The position numbers and the translations under genes are program-made. Shown here in pieces: positions 30,303-41,037 of a stretch of 64,000 nucleotides of DNA (its first letter is position 1; the number at the start of each line of letters is the position of its first letter). The notes below the pieces were generated by a model. It searched no databases, had not been told where the DNA came from, and saw only the letters and a list, made by a program, of their open reading frames with translations. The stretch comes from a candidate division TA06 bacterium (lineage in GTDB: Bacteria; Edwardsbacteria; AC1; EtOH8): NCBI GenBank assembly GCA_016235665.1, contig JACRJI010000013.1, positions 143,095 to 207,094 on the forward strand. The letters run 5' to 3'.

Positions 30303-31646
30303 TTGTTATTGGTGAAGAAAATATTTAAAAATCATTTTTTGCTGTTAGTTTTAACTGCGGCAAGCTTTTTTGCTTACAATGGACAGGACCTTCCTGATTA
30401 CGACGATGCGGCCATAACTTACCGCTATGCCGAAAACCTCGCGTCAGGCAATGGGTTTGTATATAACGTTGGGGAAAGGGTGCTGGGAACGACCACGCCG
30501 CTGTTCACTTTGTTGTTGGCGCTGGGAATAAAGCTGGGGACAAAGGTTCACTTGGTGTCTGCAATATTTTCTTTTCTATCCCTGGCTGCATCGGTATTGC
30601 TGTTATACCGCAAAAGCAATCTTCCCGGGAAGTTCTTTGTATTGTTTCTGCTTAATGTCCAGATAATGATAGGCGCGACCTGCGGAATGGAATGCGGGTT
30701 GTATTTTTTAATAGCATTGGCTGTTTTTTTGCTTTGGCAGGGCAAACACTATCTTTGGTCCGGTTTGGCAGGGGGGCTGGCTATGCTGACAAGGCCTGAC
30801 GGTATATTGGTGATTATTGCGCTCTTGGCTGCCTCTTTTTGGTCAGTTAAAAAGGGGATATCAGGGAAGCCTCTTTTACTGCTGTTGCTGGGTTTTTCGA
30901 TTGTGGCCGCTCCATGGCTGGTGTTCAGCTGGAGGTATTTTGGCGATATCCTGCCGATGAGTTTTTATGCCAAGGTCCACGGAGGGGTGAATGTTGATAT
31001 CCTATGGAGTCTTATTTACAAAAGCTTTTATCTGGTGCCATTTTTCATCATGGGGTTTTATTCCATGATGAAAAAGGCAAAGCAGGGGTGCTATGAGATC
31101 AGATTTTACCTGGCTGTCTGGTTCGTTCTTTATGCCCTGGCCTTCATCTTGATGAATCTGACCGAGAGAATGGTGTGGTATGTTTACCCGTTGGAAATGA
31201 TATATGTGTTGTTCTCATTGGACGGCTTGCAAATGGCTGGGCGTGCGATTGGTCACAGAAAAATACGCCCGGTCTGGCTGTTCGTTCCCTTTATCGCTGT
31301 TGCATTGTCATTTTACGGGTACGGACTCTACACCTATCACCGCTGGTTGAACGGGAAGGAAACAGCCAAGATTGAAGCCGGAGTCTGGTTATCTCAGAAT
31401 ACCCCCCAAAACGCCGTGGTGGCATGCCATACATCTCTGGGACAGGTGGGGTATTATTCCCGGAGAAAGATGGTGGACAATGCCGGATTGATAAATCCAA
31501 AATACGATTTTGAAACATTGATAAAAACATACCAGCCGGATTATATAAAAAGCCAGAAAGTGCTCAGCTTTTCCGGTTACATATTGGTTTATTGCCAGCC
31601 CATCAAAGGATTTGATGATTATATGATGATATATCAACGTATTTGA
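30303..31646 (+). CDS. GT-C fold membrane glycosyltransferase
   Basis: DDAAITYRYAENL..G.GFVYN.GERV.GTT.PL, GME, LTRPDG; TTG start. Confidence 0.72.
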   Translation: MLLVKKIFKNHFLLLVLTAASFFAYNGQDLPDYDDAAITYRYAENLASGNGFVYNVGERVLGTTTPLFTLLLALGIKLGTKVHLVSAIFSFLSLAASVLLLYRKSNLPGKFFVLFLLNVQIMIGATCGMECGLYFLIALAVFLLWQGKHYLWSGLAGGLAMLTRPDGILVIIALLAASFWSVKKGISGKPLLLLLLGFSIVAAPWLVFSWRYFGDILPMSFYAKVHGGVNVDILWSLIYKSFYLVPFFIMGFYSMMKKAKQGCYEIRFYLAVWFVLYALAFILMNLTERMVWYVYPLEMIYVLFSLDGLQMAGRAIGHRKIRPVWLFVPFIAVALSFYGYGLYTYHRWLNGKETAKIEAGVWLSQNTPQNAVVACHTSLGQVGYYSRRKMVDNAGLINPKYDFETLIKTYQPDYIKSQKVLSFSGYILVYCQPIKGFDDYMMIYQRI

Positions 31647-31653
31647 AGGATTC

Positions 31654-32826
31654 ATGAGAAAAAAGAATATAATAATCCTGGGCTCCACAGGGTCAATCGG
31701 AACTCAGACCATGGAGGTCATCACTAAATATCCGCAGCTTTTCAAAGTGGTGGGCCTGGCGGCCAATTCACGTTTTGATCTTTTGGCCCTGCAGATAAAA
31801 CAATTCAAACCCCGGATGGTCTGCATCGGCGATACGGCTACCGGCCTGGCGGAGATAGACGGCCCGGGCTCAAAGTTCAAATTGGTCAAAGGTCCGCAGG
31901 GCTTAAAACAACTGGCTGCTCTCTCCGGAGCCGATATGGTAGTGAACGCCCTGGTGGGCTCGGCCGGACTGGAGCCGACTCTGGCCGCAATCCGGGCCGG
32001 GCACGACGTGGCCCTGGCCAATAAGGAAACCCTGGTGGCCGGGGGGTCATTGGTGATGCGGGCGGTTAAAAAGCACCAGATCCGGCTGTTGCCCATAGAC
32101 AGTGAGCACGTGGCCCTGCACCAGTGCCTGGACGGCCGGGATGCCAAGATGGTCAAGAACCTGATACTGACGGCCTCGGGCGGGCCCTTCCGCAGCCACA
32201 GCCCCAGGCAGTTGAGCCGGGTTAAATCCCGGCATGCCCTGAACCACCCCACCTGGTCCATGGGACGGAAAGTGACCGTTGACTCCGCCACCCTGATGAA
32301 CAAGGGGTTGGAGATGATAGAGGCCCATTACCTTTTCGGCATCCCGCCGGAACGGATCAAAATAGTCATCCACCCCGAATCCATAATCCACTCCATGGTG
32401 GAGTTCAAAGACGGCTCCATCATGGCCCAGTTGTCCACTCCCGACATGCGGCTGCCGATCCAATATGCCCTGACCCATCCCCAAAGGCTGCCCTCGCTGG
32501 TGAAGGACTGCCGGCTGGATGAACTTGGCAAGCTCACTTTTCATAAACCGGACCGGATGACCTTCAAATGCCTGGACCTGGCCTATCTGGCTTTGAAACG
32601 GGGGGGAGTGATCCCGGCGGTGATGAATGCCGCCAACGAAATAGCAGTACAGGCCTTTTTGGAAGGCAGGATAAGTTTTCTGCAGATCCCGGAATTGATC
32701 TCCGGAGTGATGGAAAAACACCAGGCCGCCGTGGTCAGGTCAGTTTCGGATGTCGTTTCCGCCGACCATTCAGCCCGGCTGATGGCGCAGGAGGATCTAA
32801 CCAGTTTCAGACCAAATAAACATTGA
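31654..32826 (+). CDS. dxr: 1-deoxy-D-xylulose-5-phosphate reductoisomerase
   Basis: LGSTGSIG, LANKE, PIDSEH, HPTWSMG, DSATLMNKGLE, PDMRLPI. Confidence 0.96.
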   Translation: MRKKNIIILGSTGSIGTQTMEVITKYPQLFKVVGLAANSRFDLLALQIKQFKPRMVCIGDTATGLAEIDGPGSKFKLVKGPQGLKQLAALSGADMVVNALVGSAGLEPTLAAIRAGHDVALANKETLVAGGSLVMRAVKKHQIRLLPIDSEHVALHQCLDGRDAKMVKNLILTASGGPFRSHSPRQLSRVKSRHALNHPTWSMGRKVTVDSATLMNKGLEMIEAHYLFGIPPERIKIVIHPESIIHSMVEFKDGSIMAQLSTPDMRLPIQYALTHPQRLPSLVKDCRLDELGKLTFHKPDRMTFKCLDLAYLALKRGGVIPAVMNAANEIAVQAFLEGRISFLQIPELISGVMEKHQAAVVRSVSDVVSADHSARLMAQEDLTSFRPNKH

Positions 32827-32931
32827 CAATCCGGCACCGGGTCTGTTATTCTTAAATGTTACAGGTGGCCTGAACCCTGCCTGGCAGAAGAGACCGATGC
32901 TCAACTAATCAACCAATAACTACCGACCGAC

Positions 32932-33615
32932 ATGGATTCAAAAATATTAGAATATATCCTGATAATCCCCCCGGTGCTGTTCGCCATCACCATTCACGAA
33001 GTGGCCCATGGGTTCATCGCTTTTAAAAGAGGCGATTCCACCGCTTTCCTGATGGGCAGGCTGAACCTGAATCCCCTGAAGCACCTGGACCTTTTCGGCA
33101 GTTTCATTTTCCCGGCCATGCTGATATTTTTCAAGGCTCCTTTTGTGTTCGGCTGGGCCAAGCCGGTGCCGGTGAACTTTTTCGCCCTGAAAAACCCCAA
33201 GCGGGACATGATCTGGGTCTCGGCGGCCGGGCCGGGCAGCAACCTGCTGGTGGCAGCAGCGGCCGGGCTTTTCTTCCGCCTGCTTTATCCCTTTTACGGG
33301 GGGCCGGAGACGATGCTGCACCCGGTGCTGGTGATCCTGTTCTATTTTGTACTAATAGACACCGCCCTGGCTGTGTTCAACCTGATCCCCATCCCGCCGC
33401 TGGACGGTTCCAAGATCCTGGCCGGGCTGCTGCCCGGGCCGCTTTCGGTCAAGTATTTGAGCTTGGAAAAATACGGGATGTTCATCTTTATGGCGCTGAT
33501 AATCATCATCCAGTTGACGAAGATCAATTTCCTTTCCTACGTGCTGGCCCTGCCGGTGGTCCTGATCTCGCAGTTCTTCGGGGGGCCGGAACTGTTTCAG
33601 TTCATGCCCCGGTAG
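32932..33615 (+). CDS. Site-2 protease family (M50) membrane metalloprotease
   Basis: HEVAHG, GWAKPVP, AGP, FNLIPIPPLDGS. Confidence 0.9.
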   Translation: MDSKILEYILIIPPVLFAITIHEVAHGFIAFKRGDSTAFLMGRLNLNPLKHLDLFGSFIFPAMLIFFKAPFVFGWAKPVPVNFFALKNPKRDMIWVSAAGPGSNLLVAAAAGLFFRLLYPFYGGPETMLHPVLVILFYFVLIDTALAVFNLIPIPPLDGSKILAGLLPGPLSVKYLSLEKYGMFIFMALIIIIQLTKINFLSYVLALPVVLISQFFGGPELFQFMPR

Positions 33616-33644
33616 AAAAACAGAAACCATATATCAACGGTAAT

Positions 33645-35360
33645 ATGCACAATTACAGCAACAAGCATTATCCGGTCCGTGAGGGCCTGGGACTGATCAC
33701 TATCAAAGGGATGCTGGCCCGCTCGGCAGGATTGTATCCCTACAAAACAGCCCTCCAGATCAAACGGGGGAACGATTTTTACAAGGTTACCTACCGGGAT
33801 CTTAAGGAGAGAGCGGAACAACTGGCCGCCGGTCTGGCCAGCAAGGGGATAAAATTCGGCGATCGGGTGGCTTTGATCGGCGAGAATTGTCCGGAATGGG
33901 TGGAGGGCTACATGGCCCTGGCCAGCCTGGGGGCGGTGATAGTCCCATTAGACACCCAGCTCAAGGCCCAGGAGATCAGGCACATTCTGACCGATTCCGA
34001 GGCGGCGGCCATAATCGCCACCAATAGTTTCAAGGAAGCGGTGGACGAGGCAACCAGCAAACTTTCCAGCCTGAAGCATCTGTTCTCATTGAACAATCTT
34101 CCGGCGCTGTACGAAACGCCGGAACCAAAGGGGCTCAAGCGCCAGGTCCAGCTGGACGACCTGGCGGCCATCATCTACACCTCCGGCACCACCGGGCAGT
34201 CCAAAGGGGTGATGCTCAGCCACAAGAACATCATGTCCGACGTGGACGGAAGCTACCAGATCTTCCACTACGACCATCATGACAACTTCATCTCGGTGCT
34301 GCCGCTGCACCATACCTTTGAGGCCACGGCCGGGATGCTGGTGCCCCTTTACGTGGGGGCCACCATTACCTACGCCCAATCGCTGAAATCGCGGGACATC
34401 ATCAACGACATCCGGGACAGCCAGGCCACCATGATGGTGGGGGTTCCGCTGCTGTTCGAGAAGATGTACCAGGGCATCACCCGGGCGGTCAAGGAAAAGC
34501 CGCTGTTGACCAGGATGGCCTTCTCCACCTCCAACGGACTGGTCCGGTCCATCAAGTCTGTCACCGGCAAAAGGGCCGGGGGAAAGGTCTTCCAGTCTTT
34601 GCGGGAAAAGGCCGGGCTGTCCAGCCTAAGACTTTTCGTTTCGGGCGGAGCGGCACTGAATGTGGAGGTGGGAAAAGGATTTGAGACCCTGGGTTTTGAG
34701 ATCGTCCAGGGTTACGGCCTGACCGAATCCTCACCGGTGCTGACCATCAACACCGTCAAGAATCCGGATCACGCCTCGGTGGGGGCTCCCATCTCCTGCG
34801 TGGAACTGAAGATCATAGATCCCGACGGCAACGGGATCGGCGAGATCGCGGCAAAGGGGCCCAACGTGATGCTGGGCTATTATAAGAACCCCAAGGCCAC
34901 CGAGGCGGTGATGAAGGACGGATGGCTGCTGACCGGGGACCTGGGGTACATCGACAAGCGGGGCTGTTTGTACATCACCGGCCGGGCCAAGAACCTGATC
35001 GTCTCCGCCGCAGGCAAGAACATCTACCCCGAAGAGGTGGAGGCCCAGCTGCTGAACAGCCCGTTCGTGGCCGAAGTTCTGGTGATCGGCGAAAAGAACC
35101 CCCAGACCGAGCGGGAAGAGGTCCACGCCATCATCTATCCCAATTACGAGGCCCTGGACGAATATGCGGCCAAGCACAAAGTTACCCTGGATACGGCCCA
35201 GATAGAAAAGATATTAAAGGAAGAGGTCAGGCACCAGTGCAGCCACCTGGCCGATTACAAGCGGGTCAAGCATTTCTCCCTTAGAGAGGAGGAGTTCCCC
35301 AAGACCACCACCAGAAAGATCAAGAGGTATCTGTTCGTCGGGAAAAAAGTACAGGTGTAG
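33645..35360 (+). CDS. Long-chain acyl-CoA synthetase (AMP-binding)
   Basis: YTSGTTG.SKG, QGYGLTE, TGDLG, GRAKN, GKNIYPEE. Confidence 0.9.
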   Translation: MHNYSNKHYPVREGLGLITIKGMLARSAGLYPYKTALQIKRGNDFYKVTYRDLKERAEQLAAGLASKGIKFGDRVALIGENCPEWVEGYMALASLGAVIVPLDTQLKAQEIRHILTDSEAAAIIATNSFKEAVDEATSKLSSLKHLFSLNNLPALYETPEPKGLKRQVQLDDLAAIIYTSGTTGQSKGVMLSHKNIMSDVDGSYQIFHYDHHDNFISVLPLHHTFEATAGMLVPLYVGATITYAQSLKSRDIINDIRDSQATMMVGVPLLFEKMYQGITRAVKEKPLLTRMAFSTSNGLVRSIKSVTGKRAGGKVFQSLREKAGLSSLRLFVSGGAALNVEVGKGFETLGFEIVQGYGLTESSPVLTINTVKNPDHASVGAPISCVELKIIDPDGNGIGEIAAKGPNVMLGYYKNPKATEAVMKDGWLLTGDLGYIDKRGCLYITGRAKNLIVSAAGKNIYPEEVEAQLLNSPFVAEVLVIGEKNPQTEREEVHAIIYPNYEALDEYAAKHKVTLDTAQIEKILKEEVRHQCSHLADYKRVKHFSLREEEFPKTTTRKIKRYLFVGKKVQV

Positions 35361-35469
35361 GACTACGAAACTGTCCGCAACCATTCTCCGGCACTGTGTA
35401 AACGTTTTATAGACCGGGAATCCATAAAGCAGGCAATCTCCCAATCAAAAACAACGGAGACCTTCAGCC

Positions 35470-38289
35470 ATGTTGTTTTCCAAGAAAAAAGAAGAAAAGG
35501 CGCCCCTCAGTCCCATGGAAAATCTCAAGAAGGAGGAGGAAGCCCTGATCACCCAGGTGGAGCAGGGCCGCCGCAGCTACACCTCGCTGGACCAGCTTTT
35601 GGCCGACCGCAAGGCCATGCTGGAAGATGTCAATCACCGGCTGGCAGAGTCTTTGGGCGAAGAGATGTCCATGACCCAGAGGATGGAGGAAGCGCAGGGC
35701 AAGCTGGACGACATCAACCGCAAGCTGGACGACCGCACCAAGGAGGATTCCAACCTGGCCACCAAGATATGGGAGAAACGGGCCGAGCTTCTGAAGATAA
35801 ACCAGCAGATGGGGGAGGACAATAAAAAACTGGCGGCCATAGAGGAAAAGAGCCAGGGCCTGCAGGCCGATCTGATGCTGCTGGAGCAGTCCCATTCCGA
35901 ACAGCAGAGCCAGGCCGACAGCTGGAAGGCCGAACTGGCCAAGCTGCAGCAGGCCATTAAAGAGCGCCAGGCCGAGCAGGTTGAGGTCGATTCCAAGTTC
36001 AAGGAGCATGAAGCCAGGCTGGCCGAAGTGGACGGGACCCTGAAGTCCTGGCAGGACCAGGCGGCCGAGGCCGAAGGCCGGGTCGGCAAATTCAAGGCGG
36101 AGGAGGAAGCCTTAAAACAAAAGATCGAGGAGATCAGCAACCAGCAGGCGGCCATCCTGTCCGACCTGACCATGGCCGAGCAGGAAAAGAACGACATGCT
36201 GGCCGAAGCCCAAAAGAGCCGGGAGGAAGCCGAAGCCGTGAGGGCGGAGATCAAAATTTTGGTTTTGCAGAAGGACGAACTGGTCAAAGGCATCGAAGAG
36301 GTCAAGCACTCTGAATCACAGGTACTGGAGCGGCATCAGACCCTTAAGCAGGAAGAGGACCAGATCCGGCAGAGGATCGCCGGACTTCAGGCCCAGGAAT
36401 CGTCGGTCACTACCAAGGTGGAAGCCTTGAACGGGGCCCTGGCCGACTCGGAATCCAAGCTTCAGGCCCTGGCACAGGACCATCACAATCACCGCCAGCA
36501 AATAGAGAGCATGACGGCAGGGCTGTCTTCCAAGGAAAAGGAATTGTCCGAAAAACAGCAGCAGCATGAAGGCCTGATTAAGGCGATGGAACAGATGGAA
36601 ACGGAGAAGACCCAGGCCGCCGCCATGCTGGAGGAGATACAGACCAATGTCTTTAAGGCGGAAACCAGGCAGGCCGAGCTGGAACAGCGCAATGCCGAAC
36701 TGGTTCAGATAGTAGAGGCCGATACGGCCAAGGCCGCCGGACTGGAAAAGGAGATCGCCCAGCGCCAGCACGAGGTGGCGGCGGTGCGGGAACTGGAAAG
36801 CTACCTGGCCGACATTCGCGGCCAGATAGAAGAAGCAAAACAGCACCTGCAGAAGATCGGAGAGGACCGGGTCCAGGGCGAGCAGCAGATGGAACAACTG
36901 TCTTTGCAAAAACAGGAATTGGAGTCACAGGTAAAACAGCAGATGGAAGAACTGGACTCCAAAAAACAGGAAGCTGAGTCCCAAGCCGGCCAGTGGGAAT
37001 CCAGACTGAACGAGCACAATCAAAAAATGGCGGAGCTTGAACCGCAGCGAATCCAGATGGAAGAGGCGGTCACAGCCTTGTTCCGGCAAAAAGAGGAACT
37101 GGAGCAGGGCATAGCCGGGCTGAAGAACGAGACCCAGTTGCTGGAAGAGGCCAATCAGGAGCTCAACCAACTGAAAGCCGAGCGCAAGGAGCTTCAGGCC
37201 GAGGTCAAGAAGATAAAACAGCAGAAACAGGAATTTGCCCAGTCGGCCGAGGAAAGCCAGGCCAAACTGGATAAGTCGGAAGCCCGGCTGGAAAAGGTGA
37301 AAACCGAGGAAGCCCAGTTGAAGGAAAGTCTGGCCGCCGCCAAAAAGGAAGTGGCTGATATCGGTAAGGAACGGGCCGAGCTGGAGAAATACCTGCACCA
37401 GAAGCAGGACCTGCTGGCCGAACAAAAAGGATTGAAATCCAGCGTGGACGCCCTGAAGGCCGAGCTGGCTGCTTCCCAGGAGCAGCTGGATGTGCTTAAG
37501 GAAGAGGAGAAGGGCTGGAGCCTGAGGCTGGAGGATAACAAGAAACAGGCCCAACAGATGGAAAATCTGCTGGAAACATTAAGGACTGACGAGGAAAAGG
37601 TTAAGCACCGTCTGGAAGAGGCCGGACAGGCTGCCGAAAAGATCGCGGTCATTGAGCAGGAGATTTCAGGCAAAAAGAACGAGATAGATGAATTGAATGC
37701 CCAGGCCGATGAGGCCCGCAGCCGGATGGAGGCCTTGAAGAAGGAACAGGCCGAAATGGAGCAGGAGAAGGCCCGCCGCCGCGAAGAGGAGATGTCGGCT
37801 TTGACCAAGCTGAAATCCAAGGTAAGGCCCCAGGGGCTTGGGGCCGGGACGACCCCATCCCCGGCACCCGCCACCCCAGCCATTGCTCCGATCCCGGAAC
37901 AGCCATTGGCGGCGGAGCGCCCGGCCCTGGCCGCCCGGCCATTGTCGCCGTTTGCCGGAAAGCCGCCGGAACCGGCCAAGCCGCTGGGCCTGCCCAAGGC
38001 TGCCCCGGCCCTGTTGAAACCGGCCTCGCCGCTGTCCGCTCCCCATCAGGCGGTACTGCCGATCAAAGAGCACACGTCCCCGCTAAAGCCAGTTTCCCCC
38101 TTCTCCAACCCGCAGGCCCGGCCGGGACTTGCGCCCAAAGTGGCGGTCAATCCCCTGGGCAGGATGCCATTGCCGGTAAAACCCCAGACCGGTCTACGGC
38201 CGCCCGTGCCCCCGGTGGCCCACCGGCCCGCGCCGCTGAGCCCGCCCAGACCTTTGGAAAAACCCAAGGGGGATGTCTCCTTCAGCTGA
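35470..38289 (+). CDS. Long coiled-coil protein with proline-rich C-terminal tail
   Basis: About 780 aa of E/Q/K/L/A heptads, then about 150 aa rich in P/A; GGAG RBS; host-like codon usage. Confidence 0.8.
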   Translation: MLFSKKKEEKAPLSPMENLKKEEEALITQVEQGRRSYTSLDQLLADRKAMLEDVNHRLAESLGEEMSMTQRMEEAQGKLDDINRKLDDRTKEDSNLATKIWEKRAELLKINQQMGEDNKKLAAIEEKSQGLQADLMLLEQSHSEQQSQADSWKAELAKLQQAIKERQAEQVEVDSKFKEHEARLAEVDGTLKSWQDQAAEAEGRVGKFKAEEEALKQKIEEISNQQAAILSDLTMAEQEKNDMLAEAQKSREEAEAVRAEIKILVLQKDELVKGIEEVKHSESQVLERHQTLKQEEDQIRQRIAGLQAQESSVTTKVEALNGALADSESKLQALAQDHHNHRQQIESMTAGLSSKEKELSEKQQQHEGLIKAMEQMETEKTQAAAMLEEIQTNVFKAETRQAELEQRNAELVQIVEADTAKAAGLEKEIAQRQHEVAAVRELESYLADIRGQIEEAKQHLQKIGEDRVQGEQQMEQLSLQKQELESQVKQQMEELDSKKQEAESQAGQWESRLNEHNQKMAELEPQRIQMEEAVTALFRQKEELEQGIAGLKNETQLLEEANQELNQLKAERKELQAEVKKIKQQKQEFAQSAEESQAKLDKSEARLEKVKTEEAQLKESLAAAKKEVADIGKERAELEKYLHQKQDLLAEQKGLKSSVDALKAELAASQEQLDVLKEEEKGWSLRLEDNKKQAQQMENLLETLRTDEEKVKHRLEEAGQAAEKIAVIEQEISGKKNEIDELNAQADEARSRMEALKKEQAEMEQEKARRREEEMSALTKLKSKVRPQGLGAGTTPSPAPATPAIAPIPEQPLAAERPALAARPLSPFAGKPPEPAKPLGLPKAAPALLKPASPLSAPHQAVLPIKEHTSPLKPVSPFSNPQARPGLAPKVAVNPLGRMPLPVKPQTGLRPPVPPVAHRPAPLSPPRPLEKPKGDVSFS

Positions 38290-38298
38290 TAGGATCAT

Positions 38299-39186
<888 letters not shown>

Positions 39187-39206
39187 AACAAATATATTTA
39201 CCGGGA

Positions 39207-39309
39207 CGCTGGCTTCGGCACAAGCTCAGCCGAGCGATTTTTGCAGACATTGTAGTAAACCCTTCGGCACTGGCTTCGGCAATTGCTCAGCCCGGCGGCT
39301 CATGGCAGG
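39207..39309. repeat. Two REP-like units, one of them nested
   Basis: GGCTTCGGCACAAGCTCAGCC (39211-39231), and GGCTTCGGCAATTGCTCAGCC inside CCCTTCGGCACT...GCTCATGGCAGG. Confidence 0.55.
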
Positions 39310-39373
39310 TTCTGCCGAACTATATTATGGATCTTTTTGTCTCAAAACCAACAATATATACAAGGAGTCAACC

Positions 39374-39994
39374 ATGAAGAAAATATTACTGGCATCAGTG
39401 CTGGTTCTTCTTGCCGTTTCCGCTTTTGCCCAGAAGCCCCACGGCATCGTCAACCTTAAAACCGTTGACGTGATAATTGACGGCAAGGTAACCGAGGGCG
39501 AGTATCCCACCCACTATACGGATTCCTACACCGGCATCGGTGTCAGCTGGGTTTCGGACGGAAAATTGCTTTATGTGGCATTGGAAAGCCCGCATAAGGG
39601 CTGGGCGGCCATCTCATTTGGCGAGCATAAGATCCGGGGAAGCGCCATGATCATCGCCTATCATGACCCTTCGGGCCGCCGGGTGGACGAGCACATGGGC
39701 AGCTGGGTCTCCACCCACAAGGCCATAGAAAAGCCGAAATTAGTGGACTTCAAGACCGCCAAGACCAATTCCGGGATGATAGTTGAATTCTCCATGCCCC
39801 TGGCCCTTTCCAACGGGCAGGCCATAGTTCCGGGACAGCCGATGCCATTCGTTCTGGCCTATCACAAGAGCAAGACCTCGTTCAAAGGCCGGCCCAGCCG
39901 CAAGTCTTCCGGGATGCTGGTCCTGGGCAGGGCTGAGCAGGAAGGACAGGGAGAACCTGAGACGGCGGCCCCGGCTGATACCACGAAAAAGTAA
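39374..39994 (+). CDS. Secreted DOMON-like domain protein
   Basis: AAGGAG RBS, signal peptide MKKILL...AFA, IDG..TEGEY, GWAAISFG; paralog of the next gene. Confidence 0.65.
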   Translation: MKKILLASVLVLLAVSAFAQKPHGIVNLKTVDVIIDGKVTEGEYPTHYTDSYTGIGVSWVSDGKLLYVALESPHKGWAAISFGEHKIRGSAMIIAYHDPSGRRVDEHMGSWVSTHKAIEKPKLVDFKTAKTNSGMIVEFSMPLALSNGQAIVPGQPMPFVLAYHKSKTSFKGRPSRKSSGMLVLGRAEQEGQGEPETAAPADTTKK

Positions 39995-40121
39995 ATGATA
40001 TATACGGGCTTTCGGACAAATGTCTGAAGGCCCGATTTTCTTGCCAGGGATAGACAGGATTTACAAGATTTCAACGGAGCATTAAATAAAAACAGCTACT
40101 CCAAAATACTTTTAGGAGAAG

Positions 40122-40697
40122 ATGATGAAGAACATCAAAGCATTATTGCTGTTGCTGCTGTTGCCGGGACTGCTGTTTGCCGTCAAAAAGGACATCCAGA
40201 AGATCCCGGTGATAGTCCGCTCAGAGGCGAAGGTTGACGGAGTGATCGCCAAGGGAGAATATCAGTCCTCTTTCACCGATACCAAGACCGGCATCACCGT
40301 GCACTGGCAGGCCGACAGCGCCAACCTGTACTGCGCCATGCAAAGCCCGGGACAGGGCTGGCTGTCGATCGGCTTCGGCTCTGGCGGGATGAAAGGCGCT
40401 GTTATGATCATAGCCTATCAGACAGCAGAAGGGAAATGGGCGGCTGAAGAACATCTGGGCAAAGCCTTTTTCCGGCATGCCCGGGCCGAAAACACGAGAC
40501 TTATCGCGGCCAGGGCCGGGATCATTGACGGACATACCGTAATGGAATTCTGCCTGCCGCTGTCCCTTTCCAACGGAAAGACCATCAACAGCGCCGGGGA
40601 GCTGCCGTACATCCTGGCCTATCACCAGGACAAGCCACAGCTTTCCAAACACAGCAAAAAATCATCGGGCCTGCTGGTCTTGACTTCGGGTAAATAG
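40122..40697 (+). CDS. Secreted DOMON-like domain protein
   Basis: Signal peptide, VDG..AKGEY, GWLSIGFG..GMKGA, EF.LPL.LSNG shared with the upstream paralog. Confidence 0.65.
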   Translation: MMKNIKALLLLLLLPGLLFAVKKDIQKIPVIVRSEAKVDGVIAKGEYQSSFTDTKTGITVHWQADSANLYCAMQSPGQGWLSIGFGSGGMKGAVMIIAYQTAEGKWAAEEHLGKAFFRHARAENTRLIAARAGIIDGHTVMEFCLPLSLSNGKTINSAGELPYILAYHQDKPQLSKHSKKSSGLLVLTSGK

Positions 40698-40752
40698 CGG
40701 CTATAATTGGAAAGAGACCGAATTCCCAACCGCAATCCAAAGAAGAGGCGTT

Positions 40753-41037
40753 ATGGCTAAAATGACCGAGGTTCCGGGGAACAACAGGAAGCACCAGGTG
40801 GTGCTTTATGCCCTGTCCACCTGCATCTGGTGCAAGAAGACCAAGAAGCTGCTGGACGACCTGGACATTCATTACCGCTATGTATTTGTGGACCTGCTGA
40901 CCGGCAGGGAAGAACAGGAGATCATGGACCAGGTCAGGGAATTCAATCCAGGCTGCACTTTTCCCACCATGGTGATAGACAACGAAAAAGTGATAGTGGG
41001 CCTGAAAGAGCCGGAGATAAAGAAGGTTTTGGAATGA
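40753..41037 (+). CDS. Glutaredoxin-like (NrdH-type) protein
   Basis: LYALSTCIWC, NP..TFPT.VI. Confidence 0.85.
   Translation: MAKMTEVPGNNRKHQVVLYALSTCIWCKKTKKLLDDLDIHYRYVFVDLLTGREEQEIMDQVREFNPGCTFPTMVIDNEKVIVGLKEPEIKKVLE

Noticed and set aside
35470-38289. SMC/SbcC assignment for the coiled-coil protein
   Set aside because: No Walker A/B, signature or hinge motifs.
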